DNA from: Octopus vulgaris
Taxonomy: Eukaryota
Assembly: GCA_951406725.2 (NCBI GenBank)
Contig: OX597816.1
Location: 99,944,001-100,008,000 of the forward strand
Reading direction: 5' to 3'
DNA length: 64,000 nt
Part shown: piece by piece, positions 36,632-49,800 of the stretch
Numbering within the stretch: the stretch's first letter is position 1
How the letters are laid out: each line of letters begins with the position of its first letter
Notes under the pieces: model-generated
The model's database searches: none
The model's input: the letters and a program-made list of their open reading frames with translations, nothing else
Told to the model about the DNA's origin: nothing
Translations under genes and position numbers: made by a program

Positions 36632-38090
36632 ATGGCTGAATTGAAGGGTTCTTGCCTGAGTGGTGCAAAGTTGTCATCTGCCAGGAGTTATAAGTTTTGG
36701 TTCAACCTGATGAGGACTATTTGGGTGGGGACCTGGAATGTTCTCTCTCTGAGGGATGATTCCTGTCTGCTCCTGTTGTTTTTGGAAGTTGGCTGTTTGC
36801 AAGTTACTGTTGCAGCCTTTCGGAGGTGCGTTGGCTAGGGAGGGTGACACCTCAACCAGTAATTAGACCGGCTACTAGTCTGGGTACTCTGATGGCTGGC
36901 ATGCCGATGGGGTAGCAGTTGCAGTAGCCAACTGGCTGGTTCAATAGTATTAAATGTAATTACCTGTCAATGAGTGTTTTATATGGCTGAGGATTCAGCA
37001 TTCTCTGAGTGTCATTTCTTTGGTTGTAGTGTATGCTCCACCTGTTATGAGTGGCTGGTTGGTGAGCAAAACATTCTACACCCATTTGTGCTCTGTCATG
37101 GTAAGAGTCCCCAACAGAGACATTTTCTTTGTCATGGAAGATTTCAATTCATCAACTAGGGTTGACAATGGGATACAAGAGCATTGTCAACCCTTTTGGA
37201 TCTGGTACTAGAAACAAAAGTAGTGTGATGTTCCTGGATTTTTCCAAAATTCATGGACTTTACATTGTCAGCTACCAATGTCTTGAGCTGCATCACTTCG
37301 CATTGCTGGCTACCAATGTCCTGAACTTTATTACTGGACTTGGTATTTCAGTACTGGCTTTGTAGCAATGGCAACTATGTACTTGTAGATGGCTATGAAA
37401 ACTCCTACCGAACTGCAGGGTTTTTCAGGGAGCTAGTTTCTTGAGCACTGACTACAGACTTGTGGTTGCTTGAGACTGTGATTGAAGTCAAAGAGGCTAA
37501 AAGTAGTTACTCCTAAACTAGATGTTGACAGGCTCAAGGACAACAGTATAAGCAAGACTAATTTGCAGCAACATGGATTTGTATTACCTGGGGCTGACTC
37601 TTTGTCTGAACCTGTGGGAATGTAGAAAGCTTACAGGGACACCCTACTATCAACTGCTAGGGAATGTATTGGTTTCCAAAAACAGGGCACTGTCCATTCC
37701 CTTAAGAACTGCCTGAATTCCTTTGGTACCAGGATACTTTGCAGGATTATGGTTTACCTTGGTCAGATTTCTTACGAAACTAATGACTCTACTCAGAAAC
37801 TGGGATGCATCTTGTTACTTGTAGAGCTCAGACTATTTGGCTATGTTGCTTGATTTTCTGAGTTGAGATTTTCTGATCCTGCTTACTGTGTTCTCTTCTT
37901 TGAGTATCTGGCTGGGTTGACAGTTGGTGTTGGTTGACCACATGCCATGTCACCATAGCAAATAAGGAAGTATCTCAGTGAGATGGTGACTGACTGGGAC
38001 TCTACTTGATGAGTTGCCTAGGAGGATCTGGACATACACCAGCAAATGGTGAATGCAGTAATGTGCTGCAGCAGTGCATGCCCCAACACC
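36632..38090 (+). mobile_element. Degenerate RTE-like LINE, AP-endonuclease region plus deleted 3' part
   Basis: VGTWNVLSL, VVVYAP, EDFN and STDYRLV motifs of the APE domain. Confidence 0.7.
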
Positions 38091-39092
38091 TGACTTGATC
38101 TTCCATTTAAGGAGCCAGAAAATTCTTCAGCTCCAAACAGTTATCCAAGTGCAAGCATGGCTGTGCAGTTAAAAAGTTCACTTTGCAACAACTTGATACT
38201 ATGTTTGATTCCGACACTCAGTTACTAATCTTCTACCATTGCCTTGAGTTGAGAAATTCTTTGTGAATGAAATTTGTACACTAGGAACTGTGAAACCTAT
38301 TGCATATGTATATATATGTTGGTAAAAAGTCTAAATACGACATGAAAACTGATTAACCAGTAACTGCAAATCAAAAAAGCTTTGATAATTGTTCTGTCTG
38401 TATTGCACCTCTGCTCTCTTGTTGCTTTCACTATCATAATGACATCTCCCAATAATTGATTGACTCACTGGAATACTGTAACCAATAAAGCTATTGTTTG
38501 TAAAATGTGATATGAAATAAAATTTCAAAAAAATAAACAGCCGCTTTGTTTTTCGTGCAACCACCATCTTACTTTTGTTCAATAGGGACATTCATTTCTT
38601 CAATCTCATTGGTCTTGGATGACTTGCAAAAGCCGTGACAGCGGCTCATCCTCCTGACTGAATCATTAAAAAAAGAGAAAATAACTTACCCCAAAACTAG
38701 CTGTCCACTGCCCTATTTACTGATATTGCTTTTTGGTACTGGTTATTTGCATACTACCTCCATCCAAGCATACACAACAGACTCATCTCCCTAGATATTT
38801 TTGTTCATTCTTTGTCTCACTTCTCCAGGTCCCACAAAAACACCTGAGCCCAAATTTTCCTCCCTGGAACACCAAGTCACTGGAATCCTCTTCCTGTGCA
38901 CATTTGTCTTTCAGACACCAGTTTGTTGGTGTTCAAATTGAAGATTAACTGTATCATTTCCACCAGTCTTAGAGAGCTTGTGGAGATCATAGGCACATTC
39001 TTGCCCTATTGATGAAATAAGTATTGTAAAGAAAACAATTCATGCACATTATTTACATTTGACGGATATTTGTCCTCATCTTGTTTGTCGTT

Positions 39093-39138
39093 AACACAAT
39101 GTTTCGGCTGATATACCCTCCAGCCTTCATTAGGTATC
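39093..39138 (-). ncRNA. Minimal type I hammerhead ribozyme, mutated core
   Basis: GATAC CTAATGA A GGCTG..CAGCC GAAAC ATT GTGTT; the G5-to-A change is expected to inactivate it. Confidence 0.7.
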
Positions 39139-39316
39139 TTGGGTAAATTTTGAATCTGAGTTCTCATTCCTAAGGTATTTTTCGATGTTATTATTATTGT
39201 TGTTGTTATTATTATTCAAGTCACTGCCTGGAATCGAACTCAGAATCTTGGGGTTAGTAACCACCACTACTACTACTAAGAAGAAGAAGAAGAACCCAGG
39301 TTCAAAATTTCTCCAA

Positions 39317-39362
39317 GACACCTGATGAAGGCTGGAGGCTATATCAGCTGAAACGTTGTGTT
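39317..39362 (+). ncRNA. Minimal type I hammerhead ribozyme, intact core
   Basis: Stem I GACAC/GTGTT; core CTGATGA 39322-39328; stem II GGCTG/CAGCT; GAAAC 39350-39354; palindromic AACGTT stem III; predicted cleavage after GTT at 39357. Confidence 0.82.
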
Positions 39363-40341
39363 AATGACTAACAAGCTGAAAACAAATATCCGTCAAATGT
39401 AAATAATGAACATAATTCCTTATCTCTTAAATACAGAATTGTATTAACAATTCGTGTACATTTGATAGCTGATTAGTAAAGCTTGTAACGGGTAATTTCA
39501 CTGAACTATACCTTTCCTGCATATTTCAAATTTAAATTTCTAATCATTTCCTTTATCTTTTTGATTGGTTGATGGTATTAACTTCACAACCTTAATTGTT
39601 GATTGATTCCAGTTTGTATTGATCCCACTCAAGGTTTTGCTATCTTGTTAATTTTTTTGTATTGCTTCTGAAATCATTTATAACTGGCCTTTGTGATGAT
39701 TGATACAATTCTAAGCTATAGTTGGGTGGCTGATATTCTTATTTTCTTATAAGCATGTATAGTGTATCTACACCTCTTGTAGATGGAGCATTGTTATTCC
39801 TGCTTGCAATATCATGCTTCTAGACTTAAACCAACCAAGCTGGGTAGATATTAGTTTCTTTTGCATAAGCACAACTACATATTTATAACATATTGGGCAT
39901 ATTTGGTAAAACTAACCCTGTATATTAATGGTGCTTTTTTATTGTCTTGTGGTTTGAAAGTCAAAAGGTGATCAAGTTAAAATATTTTTCATATTTTTGT
40001 CATAATTTTTTTTCTTTTTACTCACATTATTAGCTTTATAAAGTCCATCGAGCAATTTTTGTACATATCCTCTATGTAGAAAATTAGAATAAAGCTGAGA
40101 GAAATGAAAAGGAAATAATTCAACTGCTCACATGAACATCAAGCATGGTTAGAATCATTCTTGCAAATATTTGATTTTGTTGCTTATTTCATTCAATTAT
40201 GGTATGGGATAGCAGTAGGTGTTCTTTTTGTGTATACACTATTAATTGGATTGTGTACCTGATGACTAAGCTGTCTTAATTACTTTGGCTATACTTCCTG
40301 AACTAATGGTTTCCTTGATGTCATGGTGTAGAATGTATATT

Positions 40342-40373
<32 letters not shown>

Positions 40374-40589
40374 CATACACACACACACACACACACGTAT
40401 ATATGTATAACTTTTATCATCACCATCATTTAATATTTGTGTTGCATGCTGGCATGAGTTGGATTGTTTGATAGGATCTGATGTGTCTGAAGATTCCACT
40501 GTGCCCCTATGTCAGCTTTGGCATGATTTCTGCAGCTGAGTGTTGTGGTATTCTGAGATATTGTATGGGTTTCTTAAAGATAAGGAATT

Positions 40590-40907
40590 ATCTACCTTGT
40601 TGGACATTGTTATCACCATACTCACCTGATCTTGCCCCCACTGATTACCACTTCATCCAGAATTTGGATAACATTTTGATAGGAAAAAAAATTAATTCTG
40701 ATGATGCTGTAAAACAGGCCTTCCAAGATTTTATTGACTCTAGATTGCCAGGCTTTTACAGTTCCAGGCTGGACAAGCTACTGCTGAAATGGCAAAGGTG
40801 TATTGACAATATAGGTGTATACTTTGATGAATAAAACTATTCCTTGCATTTATAAAACATTAGCAAAATTTTTTTTTTCTACAAATTTCATACTTGGTGA
40901 CCTAATA
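40590..40907 (+). mobile_element. Mariner transposase C-terminus and 3' TIR
   Basis: PYSPDLAPTDYHF..LDN..KWQRCIDNIGVYFDE*; ends TTGGTGACCTAA-TA. Confidence 0.9.
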
Positions 40908-41676
40908 AATCTGTGTAGTAGTAACACTTTCCTAGATGTGGTTGAGGTATTCCATTGTGATTATCAGGTGAGTTTTGTTGTGAGTTTGTTGTTGGAGACT
41001 GAAGTCTTTTCTGGTTCTAAAGTGGAGGACCAGTATTTGTGGTTCAGCCATTGCTACCCTGAGCATATGCATTCTCAAGACAAATCCTTAGTGATAGTGG
41101 AACACACTTTCCTAGCAATATTGAGCGTTCTATCTGCATGCTGTTCATGTTTAGCAGGGAAGGCTGGGTACATTAACGTTAATTTAAGTTCAATCTAAAG
41201 TAGAAATATCTCTATCAGCTAGGTTTGATGTCTCCATATAAAGTTTTTAAAATGAGAGTAAAATGATGAATATACCATTCTATGTATAAATGACTCGAGC
41301 TTGTTTAAATTATTTCCAAAATGATTTTCGAAACAATTCTGAATATATAACTTATAAGATGTGTTACTAAAATGTTTGTCTTTATATATATTCTTAGAAG
41401 AAATCTCTGAGCCCATTGTTGCTTTTATAAAGTATATATAAATTAAAACCTTCAAACAATATTTGCTAATATTAATCATCACTAATATATGAACTATAAA
41501 AAATTTCTTTGAGGGAGATAGTTTGCTTATGATGATTAGGCAATATGTGTATAAATATGAATAAAAGTGCTTATTTAAAATGAATTTTGATAGAAATGTA
41601 GCTTTTTGCGCATAATGACCATTCCATGCATGTTGGTTAAGTTCTGTTTCATTTCAATATTTTAATCCTAGAAGTC

Positions 41677-44600
41677 ATCATTATCATCGTTTAACATCTG
41701 CTTTCCATACTGGCTTGGGTTGGATGGTTTGACTGAGAGCTGGCAAGCTGCACCAGGCTCCAGTCTGATTTGGCAAGGTTTCTACAGCTGGATGCCCTTA
41801 TCCTAATGCCAACTACTCCGAGAGTGTAGTGAGTGCTTTTTACGTGCCACTGGCACAGGTGCCAGTCAGGCAGCACTGGCATCGGCCATGTTCAAGTGGA
41901 GCTTTTTACATGTCACTGGCATGGGTGCAAGTCAGGCTGCACTGGTATCAGACACACTCGAATGCTATTTTTACATGCCACCGGCACAGGTGCCTGTCAG
42001 GTAGCACTGGCATCGGCCACAACTACAGTTTCACTTGGTTCAACAGGTCTTCACAAGCATAGCATATCACCCAACAATTGAAGGGTGCTTTTAAATGAGC
42101 CAGTTATGCGATACTGACATCAGCCACGATTGCAGTCTTGCTTGGCTTGCTGGATCTTCTCAACCACAGTATATCTCCAAAGGTCTCAATTGCTTGTCAT
42201 TGCCTCCGTGAGGTCCAACATTTGAAGGTTGTGCTTTACCACCTCATCACATGTCTTCCTGGGTCTACCTCTTCCACAGTGTCTCTGTACTGTTAGAGTG
42301 GGACACTTCACACAGCTGTCCTCATCTATATGCATTAGATGACCATACCAGCACAGTTGTCTCTCTTGCACACCACATCTGTTGCTTCTTATGTCCAACT
42401 TTTCTCTCAGGACACTTACACTCTGTTGTGCATGCACACTAACATTGCACATCCAGCGGAGCATACTAGCTTCATTTCTTTCAAGCCTACACATGTCCTC
42501 AGCAGTCACAGCCCATGTTTCAGTGCCATGTAGCATGGCTGTTTGCATACAGGCATCATACAGTCTACATTTCACTCTGAGCAAGAGGCCCTTTGTTACT
42601 AGCAGAAGCAGGAGCTCTCTGAACATTGCCTAGCCTATTCTTATTCTAGCAGCTACACTCTCCGAGCACTCACTCTCACTACTGACTTGGTCACCTAGGT
42701 ATTGGAAGCTATCAACTACTTGTAGTTTTAGCCCCTGGCATGTAATGAAATCTGTGTTCTGTACATTTTCGGTGTTTATTGCACCTGTGCATCTGCCACA
42801 CACAAAAACTATCTTCCCAATTAACCTTCCTTTGATATTGCTGTACTTCTTATGTGTCCATAGCTTACACTGGGTACATGTAATGGAGTTTCTACCATGA
42901 TCCTTTCTACAGAACAAGCGGGGCCATCTAGCTGAAGAGATTTGTGGTTTGTCCACCTTCTTACTAACTAAGACTTTGGTTTTTGCTAGGTTAACTCTAG
43001 GTTAACCTTTTGATTCTAGACATTGCTTCAACACCTGAAACCTCTTTAGTTCTGGTAGTGACTCAGCTATTAGAGCAAGGTCATCAGCATTGGAGAGTTC
43101 CTGGGGGCAGCTTGTCTTCAATTCCTCTCTTATTTCCTAGAAGACTATGATGAACAAGAGGTGGGTTGAGGACTGATCCTTAGTGAACCCCTACTTCTAC
43201 CTGGAATTGTTTACCATATTCATTGCCAACCATCAATTTACTGACAGTGTCCCTGTACATGACTTGTACAGCTCTCACCAACCACTAGTTTCCACATTGA
43301 CCACCAGATAAGGGATTGGGGGCCCCCTGTTAAAGGCTTTCTCCATGTCAACAAAAACCAAGTACAGAAGTTTATCTTTGGCTAGGAATTTCTCTTGCAG
43401 CTGACTTACTAGAAATATAGCATCAGTGGTGCTATTCCCTGGCACAAACCCAAACTGCATCTTATCTAAGCTGATTCTCTCCCTAATTAGTTGGGCTATG
43501 ACTCTCTCCATGACTTTCATCTCCTGATCCAACAATATGATACCTTTGTAATTATTTCTATCTAAGGTGTTAGACTTAGACTTAGATAAACTTAGATATG
43601 TTTCGACCAAAGATTGGTCCAGGCCATGTCTAACTTAATAGTACCACCTGATAGGATTATTCGAATCCTGTTTAAGTCAAGTTTTGTTCAAGTAGTGAGT
43701 TCTTGTTGGGTGAGTTGTATCCAGTTTTGTTCAAGTAGTGAGTTCTTGTTGGGTGAGTTGTATCCAATTATGGGTGGCTTATCTGGTATTCTTTGAAGGA
43801 ATCTATCCAGACTCCGTTTAAAGTTGATGGGATCCTTTTCCTCTTTGATTTCCCTCGGGGCAATGTTAAATAGGGCAGGGCCTGTTGAGGAAAAGAAATT
43901 ATGTTGCAGTGTACATGTATGTTGTGATCTTGAGTTGGGCAGGGGACGTATGGCCCGTGGTCCCAGTCTTGGATGAACCTTGAAGCTAATGTTTAGGTCG
44001 TTTGGGCAAAGTTGGCAGTATATTTTCCACATCATACAAATGATGTACCGCTCACGGCGACGCTGGAGGGAGTAAAGTTTCAAGGCTTTAAGGCGATCCC
44101 AATAATCGAGAGCAGCCATGCCTTCAATTCGTTTAGTGAGTGCCCTCTGGGGTGACTCAATTCTGTTACCTTTAACTTTGTAGCAGTTGACTATGGTGCT
44201 GCTACACCAGTCATTGTGTATGACTCCTTCGTGTATCACCTGGTTAACTATACGAGTGATAGACTATAGCTTACTCCGCCAGATATCTTAAGCATCTCAG
44301 CAGTAATTCTTGATGGGCCGGAGGCTTTCCTTGTCTTCATATCCTTAATTGCTTTATTTACCAAGGTACTCTCAATTTGGATAGGTGGTCCCTCTGTTGG
44401 GTCAGCATTTGGCAGACTCTCTTTCTCCCATTTATTCTCTTCATTTAGCAGCCTTTCATAGTGGCATCCCCAAGTCTCTCTCTTTGCAGCATCTTTGAAT
44501 GCAAGTGAGCCATCATCCATGTGGGAACATTTCTCTCCTATGACATCGCAATTTTCTCTCACACACTGTCTTGCAATTTGAAACCCTTCAAGTCTATGTT

Positions 44601-44985
44601 CCTCATGACACAGAACATTGGCAAATCTCTTCTTATCTGCTCCCCCTCTGTCTAAGTAAACCTGTCTCCTAGCTTCTCTGCTAACTATCTGATACAGTTC
44701 CCTGCTACCACCACACTTCCAGCCCTTCCATGCCTGTTTCTTTTCCCTAATAGTCCTGTCAACTACATTGTTCCACCATCATGTCAACTTAGGTTCAGTG
44801 GGGACTTTGCACCAGTCACAGATCTGATCAATAGCCCTCAACAGGTTGTCCCATAGGAACCTCCAGTTGTCCTCTACATTATGTGATGCTATATCTTTCT
44901 CTATTTCATCAAAAGCTTCAAGTGATATGTCTCTAAATCTCTGTCCATTCATGGGATCCTTTAGCTTCCAGGATTCTTGTAGCAA
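41677..44985 (-). mobile_element. Long RTE LINE fragment, RT domain to tail, interrupted by a CR1 insertion
   Basis: KASGPS.I.AEMLK, NYKGI.LL, QFGFVPG.STTDAIF, FVDMEKAF, ADDLAL, MLHGTETW, GRGRPRKT; (CAT)n tail near 41677. Confidence 0.95.
43573..44163 (-). mobile_element. CR1-clade LINE 3' end nested in the RTE
   Basis: IESPQRALTKRI..LDYWDRLKALKLYSLQRRRERY..GPALFN..FKRSLDRFL..IPDKP; (CTAAGT)n-like tail; TGTTA duplicated at 43568-43572 and 44164-44168. Confidence 0.9.
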
Positions 44986-45147
44986 TGAGAGTTGCAGCTC
45001 AATAAGGATGTGACAATCTTTGTAGTCCTTAACTTCACAGTATAAGTTAGCAATGTACTATATCCAGTTGTTATGAACACACCATTTCAGCAAAATTTCC
45101 TTGTAGACTGATAAAATTTATCTCTTTTGCAATTCTGTATTGTTATT

Positions 45148-45365
45148 GGTTTCAAATTTTGATACAAGGCCAGCTATTTCAATGGAGTGGTTAAGTCAAT
45201 TACATTGACCCCAGGGCTCAACAGGTACTTATTTTATCGACCTACAAAAGAATGAAAGGCGAACTTCACCTTGACAGAATTTGAACTCAGAAGGTGAAGA
45301 TGGACAAAATGCCACTAAGTATTTTGTGTTGTGTGCTAACAATTCTGCTAGTTTGTTGTCTTACT
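45148..45365 (-). mobile_element. SINE, GATAAAATAAGTAC family
   Basis: GGTTTCAAATTTTG...GGTACTTATTTTATCGAC...GAATTTGAACTCAGAA. Confidence 0.75.
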
Positions 45366-45439
45366 CTATATTGTTATTAACCCTCTAAATAAGGCATTAG
45401 TCTCATCTCTTTTATATGTTATTTTAGACCACTTTCAAA

Positions 45440-46060
45440 AGAATGTCTTCAATTACTACCCTAGTGCTATTCTGTGTTCTCCGTGCTATTATAAAAGTAT
45501 AAATGTGGTCGGTCTGCAGTAGGTAAAAGAGTAGGAGTGAGTGGTATTATCTATATGGAAGTGTTGTTAGAATTGGTAGTGAGTGGTTGTTAATATACTG
45601 ATGGAAGTTTGGTATAACCAAATCTTGAGAAATATAAAAGTTGATAGTGCCAGTCAGAAAGAGCTCAATGCAAATTACATTGGGGTAGTATAACAAGGAA
45701 CATTCTAATTTAATTGATTAGAGCTGGATGAAGGTCATAGGTATGCATCTTGCTAAAGAATTCTCAAGTGAGACATGGTTGAAGGCTTTGTTGATGTCAA
45801 AAATAGCAATATTGTTCTTTTACTCTTCAGAGCTAAAGAGTATTGGAGAGTGATACTAGATCTGGATTCCCAGAAACTGAATTGCTGTCACTAAAGAGAA
45901 AGAGAAATTCTCAGGGATATAGGAAGTGGGCATGTACAACTGCTTATACTGTTTTCCAGATGTTAGAGATGAAAGTAATTTTCTTGTAATACACTGACCT
46001 TTTAACATTTCAATCTCAAACCCACAAATTTTATTTCCCACTCTAAACATTATGAACTAA
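45440..46060 (-). mobile_element. Highly degenerate LINE RT fragment
   Basis: Minus-strand IAIFDINKAF near 45782-45812 resembles the D.xKAFD RT motif. Confidence 0.4.
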
Positions 46061-46425
46061 GAGGAAGACATGAATAATCGATAAAGCTTTATTTTTCATA
46101 TATGATAATAAAGTAGGAAATAAAGTTTTTATAATTTTCTTTGATATTATTTGATATTATGTAGAGCATCTTCGGGTAATATATTTTAATCTGGTGATGA
46201 ATAGATCATGTAATATTGCTCTTTATTTTCTATTTACCTTGACCAGGTAGACATAATTTTAAAGCTGATTTATTATAATAATTCTCAAATGAAACAAGAA
46301 TCCCATATCCAATACCACAAATGAACAAGCAGTTAATATTTTTGTTAAATGATATCTACCTCCAGTTCAGATGAAATTTTCCTGTTAAAATTTGTTGGTG
46401 TTATACTTTTAATAAATGCTTCAGT

Positions 46426-46653
46426 TTAACCCTATTGATACCAAACCATTTGAGATCTCACTTGATTTTATGGTACAGACTTCCTGTTTTAAAGCGATTT
46501 GAATTAAAACTTCCTTTTAAAATTTCATGTTAATTTATATTCCAAGCTTCATCTTAATAATGATAAAGTTATTGTACTATATTCTTCATTATTTTAAAAT
46601 TAATTGAAAGGAAAACAATATATTTTAACAGAAATATGGTAATAAAAAGTTAG
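46426..46653. mobile_element. piggyBac-like MITE
   Basis: TTAA-CCCTATTGATACCA left end; degenerate TGGTAATAAAAAG-TTAG right end. Confidence 0.5.
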
Positions 46654-49569
46654 ATATACATTACTCTTGTAGTAGAGTCTACATTGAAGACATTTTTATT
46701 TAATATAGGAAATAGTTTTTCCACTATATATCACGAAAGAAAATTCAATATGAAAAAAGTAGTTTGTGTATTATTAAAATTGATGTTTTATTTTATAGCT
46801 TATACAACCCTCTGAATAATCTAGATAATGTACACTTGAGCTTTGATTTTAACTCAATATAATTTTTTATTCATAAACTCAGAATATAAATTTGCTGGCT
46901 AATAATTTCACTCATCTACCCAATTTACATTTGACATGTTCATCTAAAATATCTGAATCAATCCAGTGTTTTGAGAATTTTTGTTATCCTATGCCGTTTT
47001 GTGTATAGATTTGTTTGTGATTTCTCTCCAGTTGGCTTATTAGTTTTTTTTTAATCGAGTTGGAATAGCATTTTATATGTAGTTTAGAAGCTTGAGTCTA
47101 CAGAAAATAATATTTTAAATCATATATTACTGTAAATCATACTACTGTTTTTGTTGCAATATAAAATAAACAATTATTAAAATATGATGATACAATGGAA
47201 GAAGTAGCATTATATGACCAATTGCACCAGTTAGAAATGTTCCATTTTATTTTGATACAAATGATTCAGTACCTTTTTTCTCATTACCTGCATTATATTT
47301 ATTTCACCAGCTCAATTAGTGGTTCTAATAAAACCTGTTTATTATCTTTTTTCACATTGTAAAATATTAACAATATATAAATCAAATAATACAGATCTTT
47401 TTAAAGAGAAAATATATATTTGATTGAAGAAATCATAAAACATTTTTGATTTTTCTTCATTGTCACTTCCATGTTCACATGTGTTAGATCAATATTGTCT
47501 ATGTCCTTATTCAGAATTACAGCTCTTCTGGATGGGTCAGAGCATCAAATCTCACATGTATGTTCCACTTTTGTTATAGTTTCTAAGACTGGATGTCCTT
47601 CATAAATCAACCACTTTATAGAGTGTACAAGATGCAATTTATGATGACACTAGCTCTAGAGAGGTTATCATATCATATCATATCATTACCATGACTAAAG
47701 AGACCTCTTGATGCTATCTCATTTCATTTCCTAACTCTTTCCAGAGTTTATCAAGAAAAGTAACATCAAATTTATGGAATTTGAATTCAGAAACATTACT
47801 GGATATATAATATATATAGGTTTTTCTCACATTTAATTTTTCAACTTCTACACTTTAAAAGAGAAATCATCTTGCATAATTATGGTCTTGGAAAAATTAT
47901 TGTACACAAATATGTTGCAACAGCACATATTATCCAATAATATTCATACATTACATTAAATGGATAACTAATTTCTTTGTGAATTAATGTATTATAGTTG
48001 CAATGAAAGTAATTTCTTGAAATTTCTGTTTTCTTTTCATAAATAAGCAGACTTCAAGTAATGATCTCTGTATATATATTTTACAAATCTTATTCTAATG
48101 ATAATATTCTCACTGTGGAATACATGTTTTGCATAACATTGTTGTTTTGTCAATATTTTCAAGGTAATCTGTTTAATAATCTTGATAATTCTGTTAAAAA
48201 ATATTTAGCTATGTGATTTTCTTTCAATTTGATTACAAAATTTAGGAGATATAGTTTATATACATGAATAAATAAATTCCTGTATGGATTTCTGGTTTCA
48301 AAGACTGACCAGTACCTTTCCAACATTTCAAATGTTGTTGTTAGTAGTTGGTAGTTGTCTTATTATTTATTTGATTTTTGAATAAAAATATGCTGTTTAT
48401 ATACAAAAGTTTCCATAGACATCTATACCATTGACAATTCTACCCTTTACTTCCCAACTATCCATCTTATCAATATAGTAATCGCAATTACTCATCTTCT
48501 AATTTAAATATATACTAATGTATGACTGATTATTTTCTCTCTGAATTGAGACTAAATCCATTATGTTCATGATAATTTGAATCCTTTGCAAATATTTTCT
48601 GTAAAAAAATTAAAAGTATATTATTATGACTATTGTTCAATAATGTACAATTCTATTGTTTTAATGGTAGTTATTAAGGTTGGTAGAAGAAAGAATAGTT
48701 TATGTACAAGAAAACATGTATGCATGTACAGAAATAAATGGAGAAATTGGTACCATCTATAATTCTATTTAAGCCATAATTTCATATCATTTAATGCAGG
48801 TTTCATGTGTTAATAAATATCATGATTTCATAATATTATGTAAATAACGACCAGTTTGAATTAAGCTCATTTCAAAATTTATGGAAAACAATTTCCCTTT
48901 TGACTATTCTTTTACAAAGGAAGGTTATAGTTTTAATCATTATATTTATATTTAAGTGGTGACAACTTCATATTTTTCTCACTCTATACATTCTTTTACC
49001 CATGCTAGCATTTGTTAAATGAAACTTTAAATTTAGATTTAGAATTAAATATTTTGAATGAATATTGTAATTGTTGGGTATCTTTCATGATAGCTACTCA
49101 AATGTAATTAGTAAGAAGAATTTTTCAGTCAGGTACAGTGTGCATATACAGTAGTATTCCTTAGCTTGAAGAAATGTTAAATGATTTGGATCTGTTGTTA
49201 TATAAAAAAAAAATAATTATGTTTCTCATTACTACTATTTCTATTAGTCTATAATAGTGATCACTGCAAATATTATTTACCTTAACTGATGTGCATTAAA
49301 ATCGTGAAGTGAATGTGTTGACGATTGTCTTCTTTCTCACTTGCATGAGTTTTATTTATTTATTATTAAATTCTCATTAGTCAATGCATGTATATATCTA
49401 ATTTTTAAAATTTATTTAATTAATTCAACTATTCTCTGACTTAATTACATAAATATTCCACATTAAAATACAAATCTAAAACCAAAGAAAACTATCGTGA
49501 ACAAAAAAAAAAGCGAAAAGGGGAAAAACAGGAAGAAAGAAGAAAAAAAACATTGATTCAACACTAAGT

Positions 49570-49800
49570 GTATCAATCAGTCACACATCACAACGCTCAA
49601 TGTTCTTGGCATTACTGTGGCTGGTGGTGAGTCTAATGTATTGGAACAGCCAAGCACTCACACTGGCATCACCTGACACCTTGGTAGAATGAACCACTAA
49701 AGATGACAAGAACTTCACTGTTAGTGACACAGCTCCTCCAAATATCTAAAATGCCATAGGCTGGAAGAAATGGTTCACCGACAAGTCCCACTACTTAAGG
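49570..49800 (-). mobile_element. CRE-like non-LTR retrotransposon C-terminal (RLE-side) fragment
   Basis: K*WDLSVNHFFQPMAF*IFGGA..KFLSSL..KVSGDA..AWLFQYIRL..SHSNAKNI matches the F.P.A.ET.G..FL..L...GD.R..L.QR.S.A..RGNA pattern. Confidence 0.7.

Larger units (their letters stand above)
39051..39445. mobile_element. Non-autonomous element with two inverted hammerhead-bearing arms and a tRNA-like B box
   Basis: 39046-39164 is the reverse complement of 39291-39407; candidate TSD AACAATTCATGCACATT (39034-39050) / AACAATTCGTGTACATT (39446-39462); GTTCGATTCC on the minus strand at 39230-39239. Confidence 0.8.

Noticed and set aside
39220-39262. Genuine tRNA gene
   Set aside because: Only the anticodon-to-T-arm portion with a B box is present; no acceptor stem or A box.
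49600-49692. Signal-peptide exon MFLALLWLVVSLMYWNSQALTLA on the plus strand, or an 84-nt exon on the minus strand
   Set aside because: Better explained as a CRE-like retrotransposon C-terminus whose motif pattern extends beyond both putative exon limits.
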